DNA from: an uncultured Candidatus Micrarchaeota archaeon
GTDB taxonomy: Archaea > Micrarchaeota > Micrarchaeia > Burarchaeales > Fermentimicrarchaeaceae
Assembly (NCBI GenBank): GCA_903884505.1
Contig: CAISET010000036.1
Coordinates: 8,741 to 72,740, forward strand
DNA length: 64,000 bases
Direction: 5' to 3'
This document shows positions 54,992-63,019 of the stretch, piece after piece. A model generated the notes under the pieces. The model ran no database searches. It saw only the letters and a program-made list of their open reading frames with translations, and was not told where the DNA came from. How positions within the stretch are numbered: position 1 is the stretch's first letter; each line of letters opens with the position of its first letter. The position numbers and the translations under genes were made by a program.

Positions 54992-55321
54992 TCAAGATCG
55001 CTTGGAGATATGCGGATGGATGATTCGCAGAAGTATGCCGTCCTTCATCTTTTCGAAGAGAACAAGGTCGTTGATGTGTATTTTAGCCTCGGCGATAAGC
55101 CTCTCCGGAAGAGTAACTACCTTGGAGTTTCCGACCGTACGTATCTTTCGGACATAGCCTTTCCGCCTGCCCGTGAGGATCTCCCAGCGGAGTACCTCAC
55201 CGGACGGAATATATGTTTCACCGCACTTCGTGCACTTCCATCCTTTAAGCTCGACTCCATCGCGCAATTCCGCGCCTTCAATTATCTTTCCCTTGCAGAT
55301 TACACAACGTTCCATAATCAT
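54992..55321 (-). CDS. Zn-ribbon plus AbrB/SpoVT-domain protein (antitoxin-like DNA binder)
   Basis: CVICKG...CTKCGE, followed by VRKIRTVGNSKVVTLPERLIAEAKIHINDLVLFE. ATGA overlap with the upstream ORF. Confidence 0.6.
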   Translation of the reverse strand: MIMERCVICKGKIIEGAELRDGVELKGWKCTKCGETYIPSGEVLRWEILTGRRKGYVRKIRTVGNSKVVTLPERLIAEAKIHINDLVLFEKMKDGILLRIIHPHISKRS

Positions 55322-55572
55322 CTCCTCAGCTTCAGATGGATGAGCACGATTTCCGAGGGGCATTCCACGTAAACTAACTCCCATACGCCATTTCGGGACC
55401 GCTTGAGCACGCGCATCTTCTCCTTTGATTCTTTCTCGTGCGCCCCGTTTTCCAGCAGTTCAAGCGCAAAATGCAGGTTCTTCCGGTACCTTCCATAGCA
55501 CTCTTCGTGGAAATGGCCCGTTCGGACAAGCAGCTTCCCTCTGAAGTAAAGTGCGTTTTCATCGGTATACAC
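55318..55572 (-). CDS. Small putative toxin (DUF4258/RelE-like by pattern only)
   Basis: 84 aa with a GTG start. GHFHEE...YRKN....LLENG...WELVYVECPSEIVLIHL resembles the H...R...G...vv...viTv pattern. It is first in a two-gene operon with the AbrB protein. Confidence 0.35.
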   Translation of the reverse strand: MYTDENALYFRGKLLVRTGHFHEECYGRYRKNLHFALELLENGAHEKESKEKMRVLKRSRNGVWELVYVECPSEIVLIHLKLRR

Positions 55573-55665
55573 TCAAACACCTTTGTATATACTTAATGGA
55601 CTATATATATCCTCGCATATCTTGAGTAGTTAAGTAAATGAAATGATATATTTATATTCCTTTCG

Positions 55666-55679
55666 CAATAAAAGTAAAT
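55666..55679 (+). promoter_or_regulatory. AT-rich TATA-like element upstream of the filament ATPase operon
   Basis: CAATAAAAGTAAAT lies about 20-30 nt upstream of the GTG at 55698. The whole spacer 55573-55697 is very AT-rich, with several further TATA-like words. Confidence 0.35.
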
Positions 55680-55697
55680 CACGAGTTCTGGGTTCAG

Positions 55698-57977
55698 GTG
55701 GTCGAGTTGGGTGGAAGGAAGCTCGTCTGGAATGCGGCGAAGTGCAAGTCTTCCGAGGGCTGCAGCGACTGCGCGCTCGCATGCCCAAGAGGGCTCATCG
55801 CAGTCGGGGAACTCGGAATGAAGTACTGCCGGCACTGCAGCCCGAAATATGCGGTGTGCAGCCAGGCATGCCCGAACGGCGCGATAGTCGCAAACAAGCA
55901 GGGGGTCCTGATTGTAATTAAATCCAGGTGCGATGGCTGCGGTAAATGCGCGCAGGAATGCGCGACAGGCGGAATCTGCCTGAATGCGGAAAAAAAGCTT
56001 GCCGAGAAATGCGACATGTGCGCGGCGCTAGGGAAAGAGCCCCAATGCATCGCGGCATGCAAACATGGTGCGCTTGAGCTAGTGGATGATGGGCAGGAGG
56101 AAAGCCTTGCGGCGATACCTGCAATAGGATTCGCCCATGGCCCTAATTCTTCGAATTTTACGGTGGAAGGCGCGGCCCCTCCTGCCCGGACTCCGCAGTC
56201 AAAAAAGGCGGAGCCGCGGAAAGTAGCGAGAAGAGACGGGGCGATGCTCTACGTGGGAGACGGGAAGAAAATCCCTACGGTTAGGTACCAGGAGGCTCTG
56301 CCTTTCTTCAGCGCCGAGAGGAGGTTCGCGAGCGAGCTCAGCTTCAGGAACCTCTACCTGCCCCCTGGAAAGAAGGCGAGGCTGCTCGAGGGGAACAACG
56401 GCACAAGGATATATGATGTCGAGGACGTGGGGAAGGTCTACTACATGGACTTCCCGTTCTTCAGCGAGGAGAACTGGCGCGCCGCGGAGCAGGCAAAGTA
56501 TTTCACAATCAGGCATCTTGCGGAGGAGCTTCTCGCTGAAGTCGGGCAGGGGAGCGGATATTTCAGCAGGATTGAGAGGAGGGCGCACATCTCACGCGTA
56601 GCGAAGGTCGCGGAGAAGGTGCTGGGCGAGCTCGAGCCAACTATGGATGCACAGAGGAAGGCCGCGCTCGCGAAGATAATAGCAGCGGACACCGCCGGCT
56701 TTGGGCCGATTGAGTTCCTCTGGATGGACGGAGAAGGCGAGCTCGAGGAGGTGGAGATAAACCACCCGGCAAGGGAGATTGTCGTCTACCACAGGAGGCA
56801 CGGGAGGTGCATCACAAATCTTGCGCTCAGGGGCGAGAAGCCGTTTAGGCGCGTGATGAACTCCATACTCCGGCCGATAGGAAGCTCGCTCGACAACGTG
56901 CATCCCGCAGTGGATGCGCAGCTTCCTGATGGCAGCAGGCTGCACGCGCAGATTTATCCTCTTGCGCTCAGCGGCGCGAGCGCGAACATCCGGTTCTTCA
57001 CGAATGACGGCTGGACGATACCGATGATGATAAAGGCGGGGACGGTGAGCGCGGAGATGGGCGCGTTCCTCTGGATGGCCGTGGAGTCTAGGAAAATCTC
57101 GATGGTCGTCACAGGGCCACCTGCAGCAGGAAAGACGAGCTTCCTCTCAGCGCTGCTCGCGTTCCTCCCGAAAGGGGAGCGGGTGATTTCGGTTGAGGAG
57201 GAGATGAACGAGCTGAGATTCTATGACGCCTTCATCGATTGGGTTCCTCTCAGGGGCGCATATGAAGAAAGGAAGCTGGAGGCAGCGCGCAAGGCGCAGA
57301 GCGTCTCGAACCTCAAAACTCCCATTGAACAGGTTATCAACGCGCTGAGGATGAGGCCCGACAGGATAATCGTGGGTGAGCTGAGGGGCGCGGAGGCGCA
57401 GAAGCTCTTCGCAGGCGCGAACCTGGGAATGTCATTTATGGCGACCATGCATTCCAATGAGCGCGGTACGGCAGTCGTGAAGAGGCTCCATTCGCCCCCG
57501 ATGAGCGTGCCTGCCGAAGCACTTTCGCAGCTCGACCTCGTGGTCAGCATGACGATGGACGCCGAGAGGAGAAGGCGCGTTGTAGAAGTTTCCGAGCTCG
57601 CGTGGAGATCTAGAGGGCATTTCCCGGAAGGGCTCGGCGAAGGAAGGGGAAGGAAGGTGCGCGCCGCAGGAAGCCAGGTATGGGAAAACGGCGACGACTC
57701 CGCATTCGCAAACTGCCTTTACGTTTATGACTACTCGAAGAGGGCGCATCGTGCAGTAGGGAATTATCCCTCCGCGGTATTGGACGCGCACGCGCACGTT
57801 CTCGGAAAGAAGAGGCACGATGCTGCGGCGGAACTGGGGTGGAGGGCTGCTGTCCTGGATGCGCTTGTGGAATCCGGCAAGGTCGGATTCCTGGAAGTGG
57901 GAAAGGCGCTTCAGGATTACTACAGCGCAACCGAGGAGGAGCGCGCGAGCTTCGCCGAGAAGATTGCGGGGAGATGA
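55698..57977 (+). CDS. Multi-cluster 4Fe-4S ferredoxin domain fused to a type II/IV secretion-family (FlaI/PilB/VirB11-like) filament assembly ATPase
   Basis: N-terminal Cys groups CKSSEGCSDCALACP, CRHCSPKYAVCSQACP, CDGCGKCAQEC and CDMCAALGKEPQCIAAC. Core ATPase motifs: DAQLPDGSRLHAQ, Walker A GPPAAGKTS, RMRPDRIIVGELRGAEA and MATMHSNE. Confidence 0.8.
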   Translation: MVELGGRKLVWNAAKCKSSEGCSDCALACPRGLIAVGELGMKYCRHCSPKYAVCSQACPNGAIVANKQGVLIVIKSRCDGCGKCAQECATGGICLNAEKKLAEKCDMCAALGKEPQCIAACKHGALELVDDGQEESLAAIPAIGFAHGPNSSNFTVEGAAPPARTPQSKKAEPRKVARRDGAMLYVGDGKKIPTVRYQEALPFFSAERRFASELSFRNLYLPPGKKARLLEGNNGTRIYDVEDVGKVYYMDFPFFSEENWRAAEQAKYFTIRHLAEELLAEVGQGSGYFSRIERRAHISRVAKVAEKVLGELEPTMDAQRKAALAKIIAADTAGFGPIEFLWMDGEGELEEVEINHPAREIVVYHRRHGRCITNLALRGEKPFRRVMNSILRPIGSSLDNVHPAVDAQLPDGSRLHAQIYPLALSGASANIRFFTNDGWTIPMMIKAGTVSAEMGAFLWMAVESRKISMVVTGPPAAGKTSFLSALLAFLPKGERVISVEEEMNELRFYDAFIDWVPLRGAYEERKLEAARKAQSVSNLKTPIEQVINALRMRPDRIIVGELRGAEAQKLFAGANLGMSFMATMHSNERGTAVVKRLHSPPMSVPAEALSQLDLVVSMTMDAERRRRVVEVSELAWRSRGHFPEGLGEGRGRKVRAAGSQVWENGDDSAFANCLYVYDYSKRAHRAVGNYPSAVLDAHAHVLGKKRHDAAAELGWRAAVLDALVESGKVGFLEVGKALQDYYSATEEERASFAEKIAGR

Positions 57978-57978
57978 A

Positions 57979-58839
57979 ATGAGCTTTGTAGGGACAGTCG
58001 CAGTTGATGCGGGTTCGGTCTGCGCAGCGCTCGGGATAGACCCCGAAAAGCTGCTCCCAGCCTCGAAGCAGGAGAGGCTGAAGATACTGCAGGCAGGGAT
58101 GGACATAAGCACGAAGCAGTACTGTGCGTACATTCTTGCAGTAGGGTTCGCAGCAGGGCTCCTATTCTCCGTCGCTTACGTCGCGCTCACTATCCTCTTC
58201 GGCCTGAACATATTATACGTCTTCATCGCGCTTCCCCTCGTTCCGCTTGGCATGATGTTTGCTCGTTACCACTTCGCGTTCCTTGTGCGGGCAAGAGCGA
58301 GGGACGTCGACCTGAATCTTCTTGACGCGCTCAGGCACCTGCTCAGCGAACTGCGCAGCGGGGAGAATATCGCGCATGCGGCGCTCAATGTCTCCGAAGA
58401 GGATTATGGCGCAGTCTCGGATTTGCTGAAGGAGGCGCTCATTTACATAAGCGAGGGCGCGAGCGTGGAGAGCGCGTTCAGGGAGGTCAGCGCGCGCACC
58501 CCGAGCGAGTCATTCAGGAACTTCACAGCCTCCCTGAGCTATTCGCTGAGCACCGGAAACAGCCTCGTCCAGGTTCTCGAGAAGAACGTGCGCGAGCTTG
58601 AGATGTCGCAGAGGATTGCGGTCTCAATCTACACGAACGAGTGCTCGAAGCTGAGCACTCTTGCGGTCGTGCTCACAGGTGTGCTTCCCGGGCTCCTCAT
58701 CTTCGCGCTTGCCGAGGGCGGGTTCGTTTTCGGCTTCAGGCTCCCCGTGGAGTCTTTCATGTTAATCTACCTGCTCGCTTTTCCGCTGGCAAAGTATGTG
58801 ATGCAGGCGAAGCTGGCGAGCATATCGCCAGGTGTGTGA
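57979..58839 (+). CDS. T2SSF-domain membrane platform protein (TadB/FlaJ-half-like), part 1
   Basis: TM hairpin, a cytoplasmic helical domain (LLDALRHLLSELRSGENIAHAL...SFRNFTASLSYSLSTGNSL) and C-terminal TM segments. Start is 1 nt after the ATPase stop. Confidence 0.7.
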   Translation: MSFVGTVAVDAGSVCAALGIDPEKLLPASKQERLKILQAGMDISTKQYCAYILAVGFAAGLLFSVAYVALTILFGLNILYVFIALPLVPLGMMFARYHFAFLVRARARDVDLNLLDALRHLLSELRSGENIAHAALNVSEEDYGAVSDLLKEALIYISEGASVESAFREVSARTPSESFRNFTASLSYSLSTGNSLVQVLEKNVRELEMSQRIAVSIYTNECSKLSTLAVVLTGVLPGLLIFALAEGGFVFGFRLPVESFMLIYLLAFPLAKYVMQAKLASISPGV

Positions 58840-58840
58840 G

Positions 58841-59812
58841 ATGGAAATCGGCGCGGACAAGGCAAAGCTTCTGAAGGGAATTGCAGGAAGAGTGAGCAGC
58901 GACAATGCGCTTTTCGTTGCGATGGAGAAAGGGCTGCGCGGCTCTGTGGAAATCGCGCGCGGGGAGCTGACAGCAAAAGACTGGGCGAGCCTTGTCGCAA
59001 TAGGGTTCATCATTGCATTTGCGGTCTCGGCCTTCATCCTTACTGCGGTCCTACCGCTGCCTCTCGCTGTCTTCTTTGCAGGTGCGGTCGCATTCGTTGT
59101 TGCATTCTCCGTATATGCGCTGCCGCTTGTAATCGCCCAGGGAAAGACATGGGCGCTGGAGCGCGAGCTCCCGTCCTTCATTTCCTACCTCCTCTCCGTC
59201 TATGCAGAGCGGAGGAACATGCACGATGCGCTGCTCGCGGCGACCTACGCGAGCGACTACCTGAATCTGGGCCCTGAACTTAGGGCGGCATTCGCAAGCT
59301 ACAAGGCAGGCGCACCCCCGGCGAAGGCTTACGAAAGGCTGAGAAGGACGATAAAATCGAGGCATGCAAACCGCGCATTCGACTGGGTCGTAAGGTGCCT
59401 TGAGACGGGCCTTGACGTTTCCGAGCCCCTCGGGATGCTCGGCCACGACGCTTCCTCTACCCTCGAGCTTGTCGCCGAGAAGAACTCGAAGGTCGGCATG
59501 ATGACCTGGATGATATCCGCGTCCTCGGGCTTCTTCTACCCCCTCTTCACCTCGCTCGGGCTCATCATAATGTCCGCATTCGAGCGGCTCGCAGCATTCG
59601 AGATGTACTCAGCTTCGGAGAAGGACTTCATCACGCTCGTGCTCGTCGGCTATCTCTTTGCAGGGGTGCTGCTTGACTCCAGCTACAACGGCCAGGTAAA
59701 ATTCGGTGATTTCAGGAGGGGCGTGATGGTCTATTTCCCGATAATGATGCTCGTTGCGTTCAGCGTCTTTCTCATATCATACAGGTCGATTGGTGCATTC
59801 ATCGGAGCATGA
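58841..59812 (+). CDS. T2SSF-domain membrane platform protein (TadC/FlaJ-half-like), part 2
   Basis: Same architecture (ELPSFISYLLSVYAERRNMHDAL...). Start is 1 nt after the previous stop, in another frame. Confidence 0.7.
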   Translation: MEIGADKAKLLKGIAGRVSSDNALFVAMEKGLRGSVEIARGELTAKDWASLVAIGFIIAFAVSAFILTAVLPLPLAVFFAGAVAFVVAFSVYALPLVIAQGKTWALERELPSFISYLLSVYAERRNMHDALLAATYASDYLNLGPELRAAFASYKAGAPPAKAYERLRRTIKSRHANRAFDWVVRCLETGLDVSEPLGMLGHDASSTLELVAEKNSKVGMMTWMISASSGFFYPLFTSLGLIIMSAFERLAAFEMYSASEKDFITLVLVGYLFAGVLLDSSYNGQVKFGDFRRGVMVYFPIMMLVAFSVFLISYRSIGAFIGA

Positions 59813-59889
59813 TAGAGGTGTCCGAATGAGCGGAGGTGTTATGGATGGATTGGAAGGAAGCAGGATGGGCTGCGCAGCAATTCCTGCGC

Positions 59890-60096
59890 ATGCTAAAAAG
59901 CGAAAGGGTGCAGGGCGCGACCGAGTATCTGCTGATACTTGCGGTTGCGTCCATCGTCGTGGTGGTGGTGCTGGCAATGGTGAACGGCATGCGTGCAGCA
60001 GTCCCGACCCAGGTGAGCATCAATGGGACGAACCAGACGATGACCCAGGCGATTCGGAGCCAGTTTGGGAATATGACCCAGATAATAATCCCCTGA
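59890..60096 (+). CDS. Small pilin-like protein with a class III (type IV prepilin-like) signal peptide
   Basis: MLKSERVQG/ATEYLLILAVASIVVVVVLAMV, with sequons NGT, NQT and NMT. Longer starts at 59836/59845 are possible. Confidence 0.65.
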   Translation: MLKSERVQGATEYLLILAVASIVVVVVLAMVNGMRAAVPTQVSINGTNQTMTQAIRSQFGNMTQIIIP

Positions 60097-60101
60097 GGCC
60101 A

Positions 60102-60539
60102 GTGGCTAGCAGCGGCAGGGCGCGCAAGGCGCAGAGTTCGATCGAGTTCATGGTCTGGATTTCGCTCGCGATGCTGATGGCAATCGCGTCCATCTCGGCT
60201 TTCGGCGTCGGCTTCTCCCAGATACGGCCCGCCGCAGGGAACATGGAGCTGCAGGCGATGCTGACAACGCTGTTCGCAAACGCGGACTCCATCGGGGAGG
60301 GCGGGACTCGCATAGCGCGGTTCACAATTCCGCCCGGACTTGGAAATTCGAGCGTGGAGGAGGCGGGCGCGGGCTGGCACGCGATGAGCTTCTCCTATGG
60401 GAATGCGACGTACAACCGAACCTTCCCATACGAGGTGGTTTTCGCCCCCAGGAACCTGCTGGAGATTCCCGGAGAGCACGTAGTGAGGATGAGCAGGAAC
60501 GGAGGTGTTTTGATTGTCGAGGAAATCAGGCATGCGTAA
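60102..60539 (+). CDS. Pilin-like protein with a class III signal peptide
   Basis: GTG start gives MASSGRARKA/QSSIEFMVWISLAMLMAIASI, with Glu at +5 from the predicted cut. Confidence 0.6.
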   Translation: MASSGRARKAQSSIEFMVWISLAMLMAIASISAFGVGFSQIRPAAGNMELQAMLTTLFANADSIGEGGTRIARFTIPPGLGNSSVEEAGAGWHAMSFSYGNATYNRTFPYEVVFAPRNLLEIPGEHVVRMSRNGGVLIVEEIRHA

Positions 60540-60915
60540 GGGCATGCTGAGCCTGGAGATTTTCCAGACTGTTTTCATACTCCTGGCAGTGCTCCTGCTC
60601 CTGCTCGGGAGCTCGCTGAAGGTTAAGGCGAATCTGGAGGCAGGCAGCAAGAGGCAGGCTGCCGCGATGCTCGCTTTGGAAATTGCAGGAAAGCTGGATT
60701 CATTTTACAGGAACGCGTGCGGAGGGGGATTCTGCTACGCGACCTTCAAGGTCGCGAAGGGCAGCGGCAACTACTCGTTCCTGCCCGATGGCGTGCTCGT
60801 GCGAAATGGCGAGATAAATGCGACTGCGCACACGTCGTTTCCGCTCGATTCGCTAAACCTGACGGTGGATGATTTTGGTGGCGAAAGCCGCATCACGGCG
60901 AGGGGATTCGGCTGA
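60532..60915 (+). CDS. Pilin-like protein with a class III signal peptide
   Basis: MRKG/MLSLEIFQTVFILLAVLLLLLG (Glu at +5). Confidence 0.55.
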   Translation: MRKGMLSLEIFQTVFILLAVLLLLLGSSLKVKANLEAGSKRQAAAMLALEIAGKLDSFYRNACGGGFCYATFKVAKGSGNYSFLPDGVLVRNGEINATAHTSFPLDSLNLTVDDFGGESRITARGFG

Positions 60916-60923
60916 AAGGCTTT

Positions 60924-61271
60924 TTGCTGCAGGGCGAGGCGGTGCTCTCCGCGTTCGTGGCTTTCCTTGCAGTTGCAATGCTGATATCTTCCGCGCTCCG
61001 GTTTGACGAGCACTGGAGCCAGAGGATGGTGTGGGAGCGGAAGCAGATTGAGGCCGACACGCTGGCGGATACGGTTGCGAAAAGGCTCGTGGATGGCGGT
61101 GGGAATGTGGACGCAGGTGCTCTTGCAAAGTCGGAGAAGGAGAACGCGGAGATTATGCTCGGGACGGAGAGGTACGGCGCGGCACCGCCGGATAATGTCT
61201 CGCTATTTTATGTTCGCAGGCTTGTGTTCGTCGATGGAAATCCAACGGTCATGGAGGTGCGGGTATGGTGA
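60924..61271 (+). CDS. Possible minor pilin-like protein
   Basis: TTG start, LLQG/EAVLSAFVAFLAVAMLISSAL N-terminal hydrophobic helix, and its position in the pilin gene string. Confidence 0.4.
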   Translation: MLQGEAVLSAFVAFLAVAMLISSALRFDEHWSQRMVWERKQIEADTLADTVAKRLVDGGGNVDAGALAKSEKENAEIMLGTERYGAAPPDNVSLFYVRRLVFVDGNPTVMEVRVW

Positions 61272-62776
61272 GGATGATTAGGATTAGGCGAGGGCAGTCA
61301 TCGATTGAGTTCATGCTGCTCCTCGTTGCAGTCGCAGTGGTCTCACTGCTCGCGCTGGGCGCAGTGAATTCGCAGATGTCCGTCCAGAAGGAAGTCCATG
61401 CTAATGCATCCAACCTGCTGGAGAAATCCTCGCTCGCCCTTGCAAACAATCTTTCCGCAGCCGCGTCAAACCCTTATGCTCCGAATAATGGTAGCGGCAG
61501 CGAAGATGAGACGGATATCCGCCTGGAACTTGCCACCAGCCAGCCATATTATGCGAACCAGACTTCTGTCGTGCAGCTTGTCGCATGGAATTACGGGGGG
61601 AGCGCCGTCACAATACCCGAATTGCTCCTTCAGTCAAACTCCAGTGATATCGGATTCACGCCAGATGAGACTGCCAGCGCGCTCGTAGGGCTTTCCTACA
61701 CCATGACGGCCTCAATCACGCCCAAGCAGGCGGGCACATACCTCCTCTCTGGCAAGGCACTGGATTCTGCGGGAATAGTGATGCGCAATTCCGACGGCCA
61801 GCCCGTCAGGGTGAACAGCTCCATTATTGTCTTGTCTGCCCCAGGGAGCGGAGGCGGCGATGAGCCCATAACAGCGCTGAACTATACAATAACTGCGACC
61901 AGGGGAAATGAGCAGTTCATTTACTCTTCGTCCCCCGCTACGCCAAGCAACATTTATTCCGTAACCGGCTGCATGAATGGGGCAACTATATGCGCTACGC
62001 CATGGCAAACTCCCGAGTGCGGGTTATGGTCATGCGACGGCGGGAACATCAATCCAGGCTGGTGCGAGCGCATTAATGGAGGCCCGTACGTTGGCTGCGT
62101 GTCATTCATATCCACCTCAGACACCTGCAATATGTGGGGCCACAAGAGCGAAGCAACTGCAAGATATATTTTGGGCAACGCCTCACTAAGCTTTGCAGTT
62201 ACCCTGACAGTGAAAAACGCAACAAACTATTCTGCAAGCGTTACGATCACTGGGCCCAGCCAGATGTTTTCGCTAAGTGAAGGGAGAGGCAACGCAACGA
62301 TGCTTGGCAGCCCGACAGCAGTTAGTGGCACGGATCCGTCGGCAACCAGCATTCTGACCGCGGTGCCAGGCACCTCAACCCCGGGTGAACAAAAAGGCAA
62401 TGTAACGACAAACGCCTCAAACTGGGTGCTGCGGAGCAGGAACAAGTTCGATGAATATGCACGTGCCGAGTCCATCTATGCGGCATCAGCTAGCTTTAAC
62501 CTGGGCAAGAATTTCACCGGATTTGGTGGCGGGGAAGGAGATATAATTTTCGTAAATTGCGGGACATTAAACGCAAAGGCAAGCGAGCTTCTTGCATCAA
62601 CTGGAGCTACGGGTTGTGCGGTTAGCGAAGATGCAATAAAATGCTCCGCCGTATCGGTCAGCTATCCACAAATCAAGCTCCAGCTGAGCCGCGAGTTCCT
62701 TGGCGGGCAGGTTCCGGAAACAAACCCGCAATATATCCTGGCGGATAACGTGACTTTTATTGTCTATACGGACTGA
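61265..62776 (+). CDS. Large (about 500 aa) pilin-like surface protein / putative tip adhesin with a class III signal peptide
   Basis: MIRIRRG/QSSIEFMLLLVAVAVVSLLAL (Glu at +5). I count about 15 N-x-S/T sequons and a cluster of 7 Cys within about 55 residues. Start at 61265 or 61274. Confidence 0.65.
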   Translation: MVRMIRIRRGQSSIEFMLLLVAVAVVSLLALGAVNSQMSVQKEVHANASNLLEKSSLALANNLSAAASNPYAPNNGSGSEDETDIRLELATSQPYYANQTSVVQLVAWNYGGSAVTIPELLLQSNSSDIGFTPDETASALVGLSYTMTASITPKQAGTYLLSGKALDSAGIVMRNSDGQPVRVNSSIIVLSAPGSGGGDEPITALNYTITATRGNEQFIYSSSPATPSNIYSVTGCMNGATICATPWQTPECGLWSCDGGNINPGWCERINGGPYVGCVSFISTSDTCNMWGHKSEATARYILGNASLSFAVTLTVKNATNYSASVTITGPSQMFSLSEGRGNATMLGSPTAVSGTDPSATSILTAVPGTSTPGEQKGNVTTNASNWVLRSRNKFDEYARAESIYAASASFNLGKNFTGFGGGEGDIIFVNCGTLNAKASELLASTGATGCAVSEDAIKCSAVSVSYPQIKLQLSREFLGGQVPETNPQYILADNVTFIVYTD

Positions 62777-62848
62777 TAACGAGGTGATGGACTACGATGA
62801 CGGGAAATGGGTGCGGCGAGTTAGCGGGTAGCGAAACGAGCCCTGTTC

Positions 62849-62869
62849 AGGCAGTCAATCCGACTGCCT
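62849..62869 (+). other. Hairpin (8-bp stem AGGCAGTC/GACTGCCT, 5-nt loop) downstream of the large pilin gene
   Basis: A perfect inverted repeat 73 nt after the stop at 62776, with no T-tract after it. Confidence 0.35.
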
Positions 62870-62964
62870 CTAATTCTGAGACCATGGCGTCTTCCCGCGA
62901 AAAAAGAAACTCTAATTCTTGGTGGCCCCCCTCGCCCACCCACCCGAAATTCTGGAAGGGGCAG

Positions 62965-63019
62965 GCGCTCTTTGCCTGCGGCAAAGGCGCCGCGCCTTTG
63001 CGTAGAACGCAAAGAGCGC
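62965..63019. repeat. Nested perfect inverted repeats (A-5nt-B-1nt-B'-7nt-A')
   Basis: A GCGCTCTTTGC (62965-75) pairs with A' GCAAAGAGCGC (63009-19). B GCAAAGGCGC (62981-90) pairs with B' GCGCCTTTGC (62992-63001). The structure contains the predicted TTG start (62998) of the next pilin gene. Confidence 0.8.

Noticed and set aside
59754-60101. 5' part of ORF 59754..60539 (MRSASFSYHTGRLVH...)
   Set aside because: It overlaps the end of the platform gene and the whole small pilin gene in other frames and looks non-protein-like. Only the part from the GTG at 60102 has the class III signal plus pilin features.
62797-62997. Start at the ATG at 62797 (or 62884) for the pilin-like ORF 62797..63537
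   Set aside because: It would add a leader of about 67 aa before the class III signal motif. That leader is encoded by hairpin and palindrome-rich sequence. The TTG at 62998 gives a canonical short basic signal peptide. The longer start is kept as an alternative in the findings.
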